DNA of 64,000 nucleotides from an uncultured bacterium (GCA_964387845.1 CAYLXA010000003.1:96001-160000); one strand, 5' to 3'; shown: positions 38,145 through 51,528, counted from the stretch's first letter. Notes: generated from the letters alone by a model not told the origin. A program made the numbers and translations.

Positions 38145-38221
38145 GCGGCCATAGCTCAATTGGATAGAGCATCAGTCTACGGAACTGAGGGTTGGCGGTT
38201 CAAATCCGTCTGGCCGCACCA
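38145..38221 (+). tRNA. tRNA-Arg (anticodon ACG), CCA encoded
   Basis: GCGGCCA acceptor, anticodon loop CTACGGA, T-loop GGTTCAAATCC. Confidence 0.9.
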
Positions 38222-38315
38222 ATTTACCTTAGAAGCTCCCGCAGTTTATTAATCAAAAATTGGTGCAGCCCTCAGTTACATATAGAAATTTATCTAAGCT
38301 GAGGGCCGCATTACA

Positions 38316-39512
38316 TCAACGCCCGCCTGCCACTTCTCTCAACACTTCTCTGTACTTCCGGATCGCGTTGCCGCGGAAATCCATTTTTTCGGCGTAAGCA
38401 CGCGCATTCTTACCCCACGCGGACAACTGCCCCGGATTCTTCGCTAATTTTTTAACAGCGTCCGCTGCTTCACCTGCCGAAATTGTATCCAACACAACGC
38501 CGCAATTTGCTTCTTGGATCATTCGGGCTACTTCGCTGCTTTGCTCCAACAATCCTACGATCGGACGGCCGCTCGGCAAGAGAGAATACGTTTTGCTGGG
38601 AACTGAGTTACCTGCCAATCCCCGTTTAAGCGAAACCAAATGAAGATCGGCGCTTGCAAGTGTTTCGGCTAACTTTTCGCGCGGTTGGAAATCCAAAAAC
38701 ACAACGTTCGCAAGCTTCATGCCTTTTGCTTTTTCTTGCACAGAACTTCTCAAAGCCCCGCCGCCGACAAAAACCAGCCGGAATTTGTCGTCATCCTGAA
38801 GTTTTTCGGCAAGCTGAAGCATGAAATCAAAATCCTGAACCAAACCGAAATTGCCCGAATGCATCAATACAAAATATCGATCAAGCCAATATTGGCTCGA
38901 CACCGAATTCGACTTCGGAAGCGGTTTGATTTCGCTTGAATCCGCCCAATTCGGAATTACATCAACCCGATCTTCCAAAACACCGTCTTTTGCGAGCAAC
39001 TCTTTCATATCACGGCCGATGGCAATTACGCGTGCCGCTTTTTTTAACGAATATAAATTCAAAGATTTAAAAAGCCGGCTCAAAAAACCTTCTTTCATCC
39101 ATCCGCTCAGAACCGCCGTATTCGGAAAATAATCATTACACAAATAAACATACGGAAACCCGCGAAATGCACAGGCAAATAAAGACACAAACGGCAAAAG
39201 CGGCGGCGATGTGCCTATTAATACCGCATCTGCCTTGGCGTGAAATAAAATGGCAAACGGCGTCATTAATAAAAACGTGGCATAGTTAATGAATCTCCCG
39301 ATTAATGAACTTTGATCTAAAGAAGTAGAAGGAACGGTTGAGACTTTGATGTTCCCAAGTTCTTTGCTGCCTGCACTTTTAAAATCTGAAGCCGGCCCGC
39401 ACAAAACATCGATGTCAAAGTTCTTTGAGAGTTCTTTTGCGATATCCGTCAACAAAACGGAAGTTGCCTGCAAGTCAGGATAAAAATAGCGGTCAACGAT
39501 TAAAAACTTCAT
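38316..39512 (-). CDS. Glycosyltransferase family 4 (GT-B)
   Basis: GT4-like two-Rossmann layout; C-terminal EX7E-like region. Confidence 0.7.
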   Translation of the reverse strand: MKFLIVDRYFYPDLQATSVLLTDIAKELSKNFDIDVLCGPASDFKSAGSKELGNIKVSTVPSTSLDQSSLIGRFINYATFLLMTPFAILFHAKADAVLIGTSPPLLPFVSLFACAFRGFPYVYLCNDYFPNTAVLSGWMKEGFLSRLFKSLNLYSLKKAARVIAIGRDMKELLAKDGVLEDRVDVIPNWADSSEIKPLPKSNSVSSQYWLDRYFVLMHSGNFGLVQDFDFMLQLAEKLQDDDKFRLVFVGGGALRSSVQEKAKGMKLANVVFLDFQPREKLAETLASADLHLVSLKRGLAGNSVPSKTYSLLPSGRPIVGLLEQSSEVARMIQEANCGVVLDTISAGEAADAVKKLAKNPGQLSAWGKNARAYAEKMDFRGNAIRKYREVLREVAGGR

Positions 39513-39514
39513 GA

Positions 39515-40732
39515 TTAATTTGTCCCGCGTAAAAATTGATCAAAAGCGGCTTTGATGTTTCCTTGATAATAAAGCCACGAAAAATGCTGCGCTTTTTTCC
39601 GTGCATTTTCGCCCATTTCCAAGACTTTAACCGGGCTTTCGTAAAAGTACAAAATCTTTTCTTTAAGTGGTTCGACATTTCCAACCGGAATTATAAAACC
39701 TTCCTTGCCGTCTTCAACCACATCTTTGGCCCCGGTATTTTCGGAAACAATCACCGGAATGCCCGACGCCATCGCTTCCAAAACCGGAAGCCCAAAACCT
39801 TCAGCAACAGACGGCAGAACAAGCAAATCTGCTTTTTCATAATAACTTTTCATCATCGAAAAAGGAACTTGGGGCACATGACGGAACCATCCGGCATACG
39901 GTTTGTAAGGCGCGCGCGGCCCGTAAAAATTACCCACCAATGTGAGTTCTATTTTTTTGTTTCCGATTTTTTTGATTGCTTCGAGCAAGTATTTAATTCC
40001 CTTCCGCTGCCCGATCGTGCCCACGAATAAAATCCGGATTACGTTGTCTTTAAAAAATGACTCCCCGTCACGCCTACAGGCGAATGCTTCGGCATTAACT
40101 CCGTAAGTAACGACTCGGATTTTTGCGCTGTCAATTTTTTCTTTCTCTAGAGACTGCTTCACCAAATAAGATCCGCAGACAATTAAGTCCGCAAGCCGGG
40201 CTTCTTCTGCCCGGCTCTCCTGCCAAGCCGGATCTTCAAGGCCTTCGTCTATTGTTGCTGCAAAATCCGGATTAAGTTCGGCTTCGTTTTTTAAAATCTG
40301 GCGGGCGTTTATGGTAAATAATGCTGGCTGATCTAAAACACGGCGGATTTTTTTCTTTTTTGCTTCCTTAAAAGATTCGAGAGTTGAACCTGAAAAACCG
40401 ATGATTGCATCAATATCTTTGACGAAATGTTTACTTACATATAAATCCATAACTCGGCCTGCAAAGAAAGCAGCTTGTTTTTTTAAATAGCCCGGAAAAT
40501 AAGCTTGCGAAAACGCGAAGCGGAAAAGTTCCGGCCAAGGGTAGCGGACTACCAGAGAAGGATCTAATTCAGACAACGAAAAACGGGCTTTTGTAAAATT
40601 TGCCCGGCCGAGTGTTGTGATGTAGTAATTTAAAATTTTGGCTTGCTGAAGAGCAAATGCAAATTCCTGCGAATGCTGAACGCCGGGATGAAAGATGTTG
40701 GCCCTGTGCGAAATTTGAGAAGCATTCATCAA
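39515..40732 (-). CDS. Glycosyltransferase family 4 (GT-B)
   Basis: EGFGLPVLEAMASGIPVI motif of the GT4/RfaG family. Confidence 0.75.
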   Translation of the reverse strand: MMNASQISHRANIFHPGVQHSQEFAFALQQAKILNYYITTLGRANFTKARFSLSELDPSLVVRYPWPELFRFAFSQAYFPGYLKKQAAFFAGRVMDLYVSKHFVKDIDAIIGFSGSTLESFKEAKKKKIRRVLDQPALFTINARQILKNEAELNPDFAATIDEGLEDPAWQESRAEEARLADLIVCGSYLVKQSLEKEKIDSAKIRVVTYGVNAEAFACRRDGESFFKDNVIRILFVGTIGQRKGIKYLLEAIKKIGNKKIELTLVGNFYGPRAPYKPYAGWFRHVPQVPFSMMKSYYEKADLLVLPSVAEGFGLPVLEAMASGIPVIVSENTGAKDVVEDGKEGFIIPVGNVEPLKEKILYFYESPVKVLEMGENARKKAQHFSWLYYQGNIKAAFDQFLRGTN

Positions 40733-40737
40733 ATTTT

Positions 40738-41448
40738 TTACTCTTTATAGGCTTTGCTGAGGCGGATTAAGCTTTCAAACATTCGAATACTATCAGCCAA
40801 TGGGCTTACTTTGCTCTGATGATAATTAACCCATGTGATTGGGATTTCTCGGACAACAAGTCTTGATTTGTGCGCAATCAAAAGTAGCTCAACGTCAAAA
40901 TTGAAGCCGCTTTCTTTGATCTTGGGAAAAACCGTTTGGGCAGCTTCTTTTCTAAATCCTTTAAACCCGCACTGAGTATCTTCGAAACGTAATGGGGTCA
41001 ATATTTTAACGAACAAATTAAACACTCTGCCCATTAATCTGCGATGGCAAGGCTGCGGAATTTTGATCTTTGAGCTACGCACATGCCTTGAACCGATTAA
41101 AATGTCGGATTTCTCCGACTCAAAAATTTCCACAAATTTGAGAATTTCGCGCGGCGGCGTCGACAAATCAGCATCAGTAAAAAAAATAAAATCGCCTTTT
41201 GCGCTTTCAACACCGCATTTGACCGCATAGCCTTTTCCATGATTAACGCGGTTATGAATAACCCGGAGAGCTTGAAATTGTTTGACAAGATTTTGCAATA
41301 TGGGATACGTTTCATCTTGGCTGCCGTCATCCACGACGATGATTTCGTGCGAATAGGGTAGCTTTCTGAGATACGAGGCCAGGCGAGCAATGGCTTTCTT
41401 AATTTGCCGGGCTTCGTTATAGGCAGGGACAATCACAGAAAGTTTCAA
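40738..41448 (-). CDS. Glycosyltransferase family 2 (polyprenyl-phosphate sugar transferase-like)
   Basis: VIVPAYNE, VVDDGSQD and DAD motifs of GT2 DPM1-like enzymes. Confidence 0.8.
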   Translation of the reverse strand: MKLSVIVPAYNEARQIKKAIARLASYLRKLPYSHEIIVVDDGSQDETYPILQNLVKQFQALRVIHNRVNHGKGYAVKCGVESAKGDFIFFTDADLSTPPREILKFVEIFESEKSDILIGSRHVRSSKIKIPQPCHRRLMGRVFNLFVKILTPLRFEDTQCGFKGFRKEAAQTVFPKIKESGFNFDVELLLIAHKSRLVVREIPITWVNYHQSKVSPLADSIRMFESLIRLSKAYKE

Positions 41449-41467
41449 AATGGCCTCTAAGAAAAAC

Positions 41468-41554
41468 CGGAGAGGGTAGGATTCGAACCCACGAGACCCG
41501 TAAGGGCCTAACGGTTTTCAAGACCGCCGCATTCGACCGCTCTGCCACCTCTCC
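41468..41554 (-). tRNA. tRNA-Ser (anticodon TGA)
   Basis: Reverse complement GGAGAGGTGGCAGAGCGGTCGAATGCGGCGGTCTTGAAAACCG...GGGTTCGAATCC...CTCTCC-G; anticodon loop CTTGAAA. Confidence 0.85.
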
Positions 41555-41635
41555 AAGTATCAGTTGTAAGCTGTAAGTGCTAAGAATTCTTTTTTTGACT
41601 TACCACTTACAACTTATCGCTTAACACTAGAAGAA

Positions 41636-41728
41636 CGGAGAGGGGGGGATTTGAACCCCCGGTGGCACTTTTCAATGCCACAGCGGTTTAGCAAACCGCC
41701 GCACTAAACCGGGCTATGCGACCTCTCC
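41636..41728 (-). tRNA. tRNA-Ser (anticodon GCT)
   Basis: Reverse complement GGAGAGGTCGCATAGCCCGGTTTAGTGCGGCGGTTTGCTAAACCGC...GGGGGTTCAAATCCCCC...CTCTCC-G; anticodon loop TTGCTAA. Confidence 0.85.
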
Positions 41729-41810
41729 ACATATCAGTCGTAAGTTATAAGTGTTAAGTGATAAGAAACACCTATTTCTTGGCTTACCACTTACAACTTA
41801 TCACTTACCA

Positions 41811-43067
41811 CTAAGCTAAGTACTGATCTAAAACTTTTGGCAGTTTGATGCTGCCATCTGCTTGCTGACAATTCTCGAGTAAACATAGAAACGTTCTCGC
41901 AAGCGCAACGCCGGAACCATTCAGCGTATGGACAAACTTGGGTTTTCCGCCGTCTGCCGGCTTATATTTCACATTGATCCGCCGCGCCTGAAAATCAAAA
42001 AACGTGCTGCAGCTGGATACTTCAAACCATCTTCCGGTTCCCGGCGCCCATGCTTCGATATCATAACATTTTGCCGCTGCAAAACTCATGTCGCCGCTTG
42101 AAAGCAGCAAAACTCTGTAAGGAATCTCGAGAAGCTGCAAAATTTCCTCGGCATCTTTCACCAATTTTTCAAGTTCATTGAGCGACTCTTCCGGCTTTAC
42201 AAATTTTACCAGCTCAACTTTATCAAATTGATGAACACGCGAAAGCCCTTTTGTATCTTTCCCGTAAGAGCCGGCTTCCCTTCTAAAACATGGTGTGTAG
42301 GCCACATATTTCACGGGTAAATCTTTTTCGCCAAGCACATCATCCCGGTGCATATTGGTCACCGGAACTTCCGCCGTCGGGATCAAAAACAAATCATCAT
42401 CTTTGAGCCGGTACATGTCTTCTTCAAATTTTGGAAGCTGGCCTGTGCCGGTCATGCTTGCACGGTTGACCAAAAGCGGCGGCCAAACCTGTTTGTAACC
42501 ATGCTTTTTGGCATGAAGATCGACCATTAAATTAATGAGCGCCCGCTCGAGCTTGGCGCCATCACCTTTAAAAATAGGAAAAGCACTGCCTGAAATTTTG
42601 GCGCCTGTTTCCATGGATAGCCAGCCAAGCGCATTGGCCAGAGCAACGTGGTCCTTGGTTTTAAAGGAGAATTCGGTCTTTTTACCCCATTCCCGCACAA
42701 CCTGATTAGCTGAAGCGTCTTTCCCGATAGGCACGCTATCATCTATAATATTTGGGATATTAAGTATTAATTTATCAATATGTAATTCTATATGCCCCAC
42801 TTTTGAGTCAATTTCAGCTATTTTTTGGGATAATGTCTTTCCTTCTTCTATTTGCTTAGAAATGTCCTTTTTGTCGTGTTTAAGACGGCTTACTTGATCG
42901 TTTAATTCGTTCCGTTTGGCCTTAAAAACATCGGTTTCCTGGATCAATTTACGCTTTTCGGCATCTAAAGCGACGATTTCATCAATGGTTTTTGGGTCGA
43001 CACGCTTTGCGGACAGTTTTTTCTTGTACAAATCTGGGTTTTCGCGAATGAGTTTAAGGTCAAGCAT
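41811..43067 (-). CDS. serS: Seryl-tRNA synthetase
   Basis: MLDLKLIREN N-terminal coiled-coil arm and class II aaRS motifs. Confidence 0.9.
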   Translation of the reverse strand: MLDLKLIRENPDLYKKKLSAKRVDPKTIDEIVALDAEKRKLIQETDVFKAKRNELNDQVSRLKHDKKDISKQIEEGKTLSQKIAEIDSKVGHIELHIDKLILNIPNIIDDSVPIGKDASANQVVREWGKKTEFSFKTKDHVALANALGWLSMETGAKISGSAFPIFKGDGAKLERALINLMVDLHAKKHGYKQVWPPLLVNRASMTGTGQLPKFEEDMYRLKDDDLFLIPTAEVPVTNMHRDDVLGEKDLPVKYVAYTPCFRREAGSYGKDTKGLSRVHQFDKVELVKFVKPEESLNELEKLVKDAEEILQLLEIPYRVLLLSSGDMSFAAAKCYDIEAWAPGTGRWFEVSSCSTFFDFQARRINVKYKPADGGKPKFVHTLNGSGVALARTFLCLLENCQQADGSIKLPKVLDQYLA

Positions 43068-43112
43068 AGTATTCTCCTAAGTTCCAGAGAGAGGTCATTT
43101 TACTCTCCCTGT

Positions 43113-45638
43113 TTAGGATTTACTACTACTTGATTTGGGTGTTTTTTTTGCGGGGGCTTCGTCTGCAACAGAATCTTCCGCTTCTTTGGAAACCACTCGA
43201 GTTGCGGAAGCTACATGGTCTTTATCTTTTAATTTAATCAGGCGGACGCCCTGGGTGTTGCGGCCGCAGGTGCGGATTTGTTCGCCGGGGCAACGGACAA
43301 CCATTCCGGATGATGTGGCTAAAATAACTTCGTCTTCATCCTGTACGGTCAACACGTTGACGATGTGGCCGTTCTTGTCCGTCACTTTTGTGTTGATGAT
43401 GCCCTTCCCGCCGCGGGATTGCAGCCGGTATTCTTTGTACAGCGTCTTTTTACCGAATCCTTTGCTTGTAACCGTCAGCGCCGTGTCTTTTTCGCTGACG
43501 ATTTCGACTGCGACTACTTCGTCTTTTTTCTCGAGACGGATGCCGCGAACACCCGAAGCCGTGCGGCCCATCTCGCGCGCGTCTTTCTCATTAAAACGGA
43601 TGGCTTTGCCCAATTTGGTCGCGATGAAAATTTCGTTTTTGCCATCCGTGATCTTGCAGCCGATAAGTTCATCTTTGTCGCGAAGCTTGATAGCCTGAAT
43701 ACCGGTTGTTCTGGGGTGTGAATAGGCCTCGAGATTGGTTTTCTTGATCGTTCCATCTTTTGTGACCATCACCAAGAAATTTTTATCGCTATATTCTTTC
43801 ACCTGAATAAAACTCGATACGGTTTCCCCTTGCCCGAGCGCGAGCAAATTGACAATGGCCTTGCCGCGCGCCTGCCTGGAGCCTTGCGGAATTTCGTAAG
43901 CTTTCCGCCAATAACACCGGCCTTTGTTTGTAAAAAACATGATGTGATCGTGCGTCGATGCTAAAAACAAATGCTCGATAAAATCTGTATCTTCATCGCC
44001 GACACCGCCGCCCGTTACGCCGCGGCCTCCGCGCTTTTGAAGCCGGTACATGCTGACCGGAATCCGCTTGATATAACCCTGATGCGAAATGGAGATCAAA
44101 ACATCCTCTTCGGCAATCAAATCTTCGATGTCAATATCGGTTTCCGCTGCAACGATTTGTGTGCGCCGTTCGTCGCCGTATTTCTTCGAGATTTCCTGAG
44201 ATTCTTCTTTAACAATCGCAAGGATTTTTTGCCGGCTCTTTAAAAGCGATTTGTAGTATTCGATTCTTTTGAGGAGCTCTAGATATTCTTCCTCGATTTT
44301 ATCCCGCTCAAGTGCCGTCAAGCGCTGAAGCTGCATTTCGAGAATGGCTTTTGCCTGGATTTCCGAGAGTTTGAAATTTTTAACGAGCGCTTCTTTTGCG
44401 ATCTCCGGATTTTTGGATGCGCGGATGGTTTTGATGACCTTGTCGAGATTGGCAATTGCGATTTTTAAGCCTTCCAAAATATGCGCGCGCTTCTCGGCCT
44501 TATCGAGCTCGAATTTGGTCCTTCGTGTAATGACTTCCGCACGGAACTGAATAAAATATTCGAGCATCTGCTTGATATTGAGCACGCGCGGCTGGCCATC
44601 GACCAGCGCAAGCATGATCACGCCGAATGTTTCCTGCATCTGTGTATGTTTGAAGAGTTGATTCAGAATAATGTTGGCGTTTGCATCGCGTTTTAATTCG
44701 ACTACAACCCGCATGCCATCGCGGTCGGATTCGTCGCGGATGTTGGAAATGCCTTCGACTTTTTTGTTCTCGACAAGCCTCACGATTGATTCGATGAGGT
44801 TTGTTTTGTTAACCTGATAAGGAATTTCGGTGATGATAATCGCGTCTTTCTTGCCTTTTGTTTCCGAAGTCTCGATTAACGCTTTTGCGCGCACCACGAT
44901 GCGGCCGCGGCCGGTTTCCTGGTAATTTTTGATGCCGTCTTTCCCGCAAATAATTCCGGCGGTCGGAAAATCAGGGCCTTTGATTAATTTGGAAATGTCT
45001 TTGATCGAAATGGTTGGATCGTCAATCACGGCACAAATGCCGTCGACGATTTCTTTCAAATTGTGCGGCGGAATGTTGGTTGCCATGCCGACTGCAATGC
45101 CGCTTGAACCATTTACCAAACAATTTGGAATGCGCGTCGGTAAAATCGAAGGTTCTTCAAGCGATTCGTCGAAATTAGGAACAAATTCGACCGTATCTTT
45201 ATCAATGTCACCCAGAAATTCGCTTGAAATCGCAGAAAGCCGGGCTTCCGTATAACGCATCGCTGCTGCGTTGTCGCCGTCGACCGAGCCGAAGTTCCCC
45301 TGGCCGTCAACGAGCGGATAACGAAGCGAAAAATCTTGGACCATGCGGACGAGCGTGTCATAAACTGCTGTGTCGCCGTGCGGGTGGTATTTTCCGAGCA
45401 CTTCTCCGACGATACGCGCGGATTTCTTGTAGGGTTTGTTGTGCGGAAGGCCGAGTTCGTTCATTGCGTGAAGAATGCGGCGATGCACGGGTTTTAAGCC
45501 GTCACGAACGTCCGGCAATGCGCGGCCGACGATGACGCTCATTGCGTAGTCAATATAACTACGCTCCATCTCGTCTTCGATCGGAATCGGAATAATTTTT
45601 TCGTTCATTGCATATATATTTTGCTCATCAGCGGCCAT
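43113..45638 (-). CDS. gyrA: DNA gyrase subunit A
   Basis: [30 protein letters not shown] and [10 protein letters not shown] (active-site Tyr region). Confidence 0.95.
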   Translation of the reverse strand: MAADEQNIYAMNEKIIPIPIEDEMERSYIDYAMSVIVGRALPDVRDGLKPVHRRILHAMNELGLPHNKPYKKSARIVGEVLGKYHPHGDTAVYDTLVRMVQDFSLRYPLVDGQGNFGSVDGDNAAAMRYTEARLSAISSEFLGDIDKDTVEFVPNFDESLEEPSILPTRIPNCLVNGSSGIAVGMATNIPPHNLKEIVDGICAVIDDPTISIKDISKLIKGPDFPTAGIICGKDGIKNYQETGRGRIVVRAKALIETSETKGKKDAIIITEIPYQVNKTNLIESIVRLVENKKVEGISNIRDESDRDGMRVVVELKRDANANIILNQLFKHTQMQETFGVIMLALVDGQPRVLNIKQMLEYFIQFRAEVITRRTKFELDKAEKRAHILEGLKIAIANLDKVIKTIRASKNPEIAKEALVKNFKLSEIQAKAILEMQLQRLTALERDKIEEEYLELLKRIEYYKSLLKSRQKILAIVKEESQEISKKYGDERRTQIVAAETDIDIEDLIAEEDVLISISHQGYIKRIPVSMYRLQKRGGRGVTGGGVGDEDTDFIEHLFLASTHDHIMFFTNKGRCYWRKAYEIPQGSRQARGKAIVNLLALGQGETVSSFIQVKEYSDKNFLVMVTKDGTIKKTNLEAYSHPRTTGIQAIKLRDKDELIGCKITDGKNEIFIATKLGKAIRFNEKDAREMGRTASGVRGIRLEKKDEVVAVEIVSEKDTALTVTSKGFGKKTLYKEYRLQSRGGKGIINTKVTDKNGHIVNVLTVQDEDEVILATSSGMVVRCPGEQIRTCGRNTQGVRLIKLKDKDHVASATRVVSKEAEDSVADEAPAKKTPKSSSSKS

Positions 45639-45656
45639 GTTTGCTTTGTTCCTTTA

Positions 45657-48203
<2,547 letters not shown>

Positions 48204-48512
48204 TTACAAATCGCTTACACAAAACCATATTTTTTTAATTCTTTCTTCGCCGAACTCGTTTTGGAGACGTTTTAAAATCGCGGGGCCGTAATTCTGGCTT
48301 AATTCGAACGACAGCGCCGAACTCTCCGTATAAACCTTCACGCCGCCTTGATTTAATGAAGGCTTTGTTTTTGCTGCAATTCTTTCTCCGACAATCTTGG
48401 GCCAACACTCGGCCAAACGCGTATTTTCTTTTTTGGGTTCTTCCGTAAACCCGGCAAATATTCTTTTGATCGCCGCCGCGAGCGGCTTTGTTTCTTGTAG
48501 CGCTGTGTTCAT
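48204..48512 (-). CDS. DUF721/DciA-like protein
   Basis: About 100 aa protein directly between dnaN and gyrB, the usual position of DUF721/DciA. Confidence 0.55.
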   Translation of the reverse strand: MNTALQETKPLAAAIKRIFAGFTEEPKKENTRLAECWPKIVGERIAAKTKPSLNQGGVKVYTESSALSFELSQNYGPAILKRLQNEFGEERIKKIWFCVSDL

Positions 48513-49610
48513 TTAGGCAATCTGCATCGGCATGATGACGTACATGTAATTGTCTTTACCGCGAATCAGGCCCGGTTTATCCGATTTCGACATCGAAATT
48601 TTTACTTCGCCTTCTTCCATGATTTTTAATACATCGATTAAATAGTGCGGGTTAAATCCGATGCTGATCGAGTCGCCATTCACGGAAGCATCCAATTCCT
48701 CTTTCACTTCGCCCAGATTTGCCGAATGAGCCGATACCAGCACTTTCCCGTTCATAAAATCAAGTTTCACGGCTTGTGCATCTTGTGAGGTAAAAAGAGA
48801 TGCGCGCTTAACGGCTGAGAGAAATGTTTGGCGGTCGACAGAACCGATTGTGCTTTCTTCTTTTGGGATCACTTGTTCGTAGTTTGGGAAGCGTCCTTCT
48901 ATTAATCTTGTAATCACGTAGGTGTTGTCGAGATGAAATAAAACTTGGTTTTGCAACTCAGCAATTTTTAAAACACCGTCCGGTTTCAAGATTTTCCCAA
49001 GCTCATGAACCGCTTTCACAGGCACAATCACTTCTAGTGATTTTTTAACAGGCTTGCTTAATTCTTTTTCAACATAAGCCAGCCGCCTGCCGTCGGTCGC
49101 GATAAATCTGATTTTTTTATCGCTCGCTTTAATCAAAACACCGTTCAGCACATAACGAGCTTCATCATGAGAAATAGCAAATGATGTGAGCGATAAACAC
49201 TCTTTGACGATATTTTGATCAATTTCGATCGCGTCATTGAGGTTAAATTCGGGAAGTTTCGGAAAATCTTCCCGCCCTAATCCCATCAACTTACAATATG
49301 TTTTTCCTGTTTTGATATTTACGGCATTGTTCTTATTAACTGTAACCAAAACCTCTCCGGACGGAAGCTCGCGAATCACATCCAGGAACTTACGTGCCGG
49401 CACCGTAATACTACCTTCCGTTATGTTGCGCGATTTCACTTTTGTGCACAGCCCGATTTCTAAATCAGTGCTTGTGAATTGAACCGTATCTTTCCCCACG
49501 GTTTCCACCAAAATATTTCCCAAAATCGGCAATGTCGCACGCGGATTTACACCACCCACTGTGATGCTGAGAGCATTATTAAGATCTTCTTTGTTGATGT
49601 TGAATTCCAT
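48513..49610 (-). CDS. dnaN: DNA polymerase III beta sliding clamp
   Basis: Three-domain clamp of about 365 aa, immediately downstream of dnaA. Confidence 0.9.
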   Translation of the reverse strand: MEFNINKEDLNNALSITVGGVNPRATLPILGNILVETVGKDTVQFTSTDLEIGLCTKVKSRNITEGSITVPARKFLDVIRELPSGEVLVTVNKNNAVNIKTGKTYCKLMGLGREDFPKLPEFNLNDAIEIDQNIVKECLSLTSFAISHDEARYVLNGVLIKASDKKIRFIATDGRRLAYVEKELSKPVKKSLEVIVPVKAVHELGKILKPDGVLKIAELQNQVLFHLDNTYVITRLIEGRFPNYEQVIPKEESTIGSVDRQTFLSAVKRASLFTSQDAQAVKLDFMNGKVLVSAHSANLGEVKEELDASVNGDSISIGFNPHYLIDVLKIMEEGEVKISMSKSDKPGLIRGKDNYMYVIMPMQIA

Positions 49611-49779
49611 GTTTTGCTCCTCTTATACTCTTTTAAATATTAAAAACAGAAGAAAAAGTAGTAGGTGTTCAAAATTATGTTGATAACTATCGTATCCTAT
49701 TTAAAATAAACATCTTACAAATACATAAAGTTGTGAACAACTTAGACATAAACCGCCAAACTCTTATGACAAATGTTAA
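49611..49779. promoter_or_regulatory. AT-rich dnaA-dnaN intergenic region with DnaA-box-like sequences (candidate oriC part)
   Basis: TGTTGATAA (reverse complement TTATCAACA, one mismatch to TTATCCACA) and TTGTGAACA. Confidence 0.35.
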
Positions 49780-51141
49780 TTATTTTCTGATCGCTGCCAA
49801 GAGCTGATCAACTGCCCGTTTTGTTTCAAAATCATGCTTAACCCTGTTTTTGATCTTATTGATGGCGTGAATGACAGTAGCGTGGCCCCGGCCGCCAAAA
49901 AAATCACCGATTTCGGGCAATGACTTAACTGTAAGCTCACGAACCAGATACATCGCAACTTGCCTAGGGAAAACCACCGATTTAGAGCGCCGTTTTGCGC
50001 GCAAATCAGAAACTTTGATTCCGAAATAATCACAAACACAGCGCTGAATGTGTTCGATTGTGATTTTGCTTTCTTCCTCCCGGAAAGAGTCTTTTAAAAC
50101 ATTCTGTGCCGAGTGAATATCGACCGGGATACCGGTTAAGGACGCATACGCAATGACCCTGACAAGCGCACCCTCAAGTTCGCGGATGTTAGACCGGATT
50201 TTATCAGCGATAAAAAACAACACCTCGTTTGATACCGAAACTTTTTGCCGATCGACAATCTTTTTTAAGATGGCAACGCGCGTCTCCAGCTCGGGCGGCT
50301 GGATGTCGGCAACCAGCCCCCAGCCAAATCTCGAAACAAGGCGCTCTTCAAGCCCTGGGATATCTTTGGGCGGCCGGTCGCTTGTGACAACGATTTGTTT
50401 ATGTGCATCGTAGAGCGTATTGAATGTATGGAAAAATTCTTCCTGTGTTGATTCCTTGCCCGCAATGAAGTGAATGTCATCGATCAGCAGCAAATCCGCC
50501 GTTCTGTATCTTTCTCTAAATGCCGCTGTGGTACGGGTTTGTATTGCAGAAATGAGTTGATTTGTGAATTGTTCGCTTGAAATATAAACTACTTTCGAAG
50601 AAGGGTTTTTTGCCATCACTGTTTGGGCAATAGATTGGAGCAAGTGTGTTTTTCCAAGCCCAACACTTCCGTAAATGAACAGCGGGTTGTATTGCTTTGC
50701 CGGGTCTTCAGCGACTGCGAGCGCGGCTGCGTGCGCAAAACGGTTCCCGGGGCCGATTACAAAATCATCAAAAGTATATTTCCGGTTAAGATCAATATCA
50801 GATGGTCTTTTCTTCGTTCCGCTGGGCCGGTCCGGCGTCGGCGCAACCGTTGTTTCAAATTGCGGCTGCTCAACCACGACATAGTGTATTTCCGGCCGAG
50901 CGCCAATCATCTCAGCCGCGGCACTTTTCATAATGTCTTCATAATGTTCATGCAGCCATTCACCATAAAACTGATCCGGAACTGATAAAACCAAAGCCTC
51001 CGTCCCTATGGATTTGCAAGCGACGGGTTTTATCCATGTGTTAAAGCTCTGCTCGCTTAACTCTTTTCTTATTCCTGAGAGGATCTTTTGCCAGATATTA
51101 TTGGCATCAGAAAGAGTTTCTTGAGGGGTCTTATTTTCCAT
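49780..51141 (-). CDS. dnaA: Chromosomal replication initiator DnaA
   Basis: Walker A GSVGLGKTHLL and the C-terminal DNA-binding helix VVFPRQVAMYL. Confidence 0.95.
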   Translation of the reverse strand: MENKTPQETLSDANNIWQKILSGIRKELSEQSFNTWIKPVACKSIGTEALVLSVPDQFYGEWLHEHYEDIMKSAAAEMIGARPEIHYVVVEQPQFETTVAPTPDRPSGTKKRPSDIDLNRKYTFDDFVIGPGNRFAHAAALAVAEDPAKQYNPLFIYGSVGLGKTHLLQSIAQTVMAKNPSSKVVYISSEQFTNQLISAIQTRTTAAFRERYRTADLLLIDDIHFIAGKESTQEEFFHTFNTLYDAHKQIVVTSDRPPKDIPGLEERLVSRFGWGLVADIQPPELETRVAILKKIVDRQKVSVSNEVLFFIADKIRSNIRELEGALVRVIAYASLTGIPVDIHSAQNVLKDSFREEESKITIEHIQRCVCDYFGIKVSDLRAKRRSKSVVFPRQVAMYLVRELTVKSLPEIGDFFGGRGHATVIHAINKIKNRVKHDFETKRAVDQLLAAIRK

Positions 51142-51390
51142 AAATCATTTATTTAAAATAACTTACGAGTATATCAGGAGAGGCATTCACAAGTAACAAA
51201 AGTTATTAACAATTATCAACAATAATTAACAAGTTATAAACAGAATAGAAACAACCGTTATTATCCTCAGAATTCTGAGCAAATCAAGCCAAAAACACCA
51301 AATTTAAAGAGCCGTATTTTAGCCACGAAAAAATGAAAAGTCTATTTTTATTTTGGCCCCATCGGGCGAGTTCTGTTATAATGCGCGGCT
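51142..51390. promoter_or_regulatory. AT-rich region between dnaA and rpmH with DnaA-box-like motifs (candidate oriC / divergent promoters)
   Basis: TTATTAACA, TTATCAACA and TTATCCTCA boxes, plus a TATAAT just before rpmH. Confidence 0.35.
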
Positions 51391-51528
51391 ATGAATCCAA
51401 CATATAATCCATCAAAAAGAAAACGCAAGCGAAAACACGGTTTTTTGAAGCGGTCGAAAACTTCCAAAGGTCGTCAGGTTTTACAGCGCCGTAGACGCAA
51501 GGGCCGGAAGCGTTTAACGACTGTTTAA
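51391..51528 (+). CDS. rpmH: 50S ribosomal protein L34
   Basis: [45 protein letters not shown] (45 aa). Not in the ORF track because it is under 60 aa. Confidence 0.85.
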   Translation: MNPTYNPSKRKRKRKHGFLKRSKTSKGRQVLQRRRRKGRKRLTTV

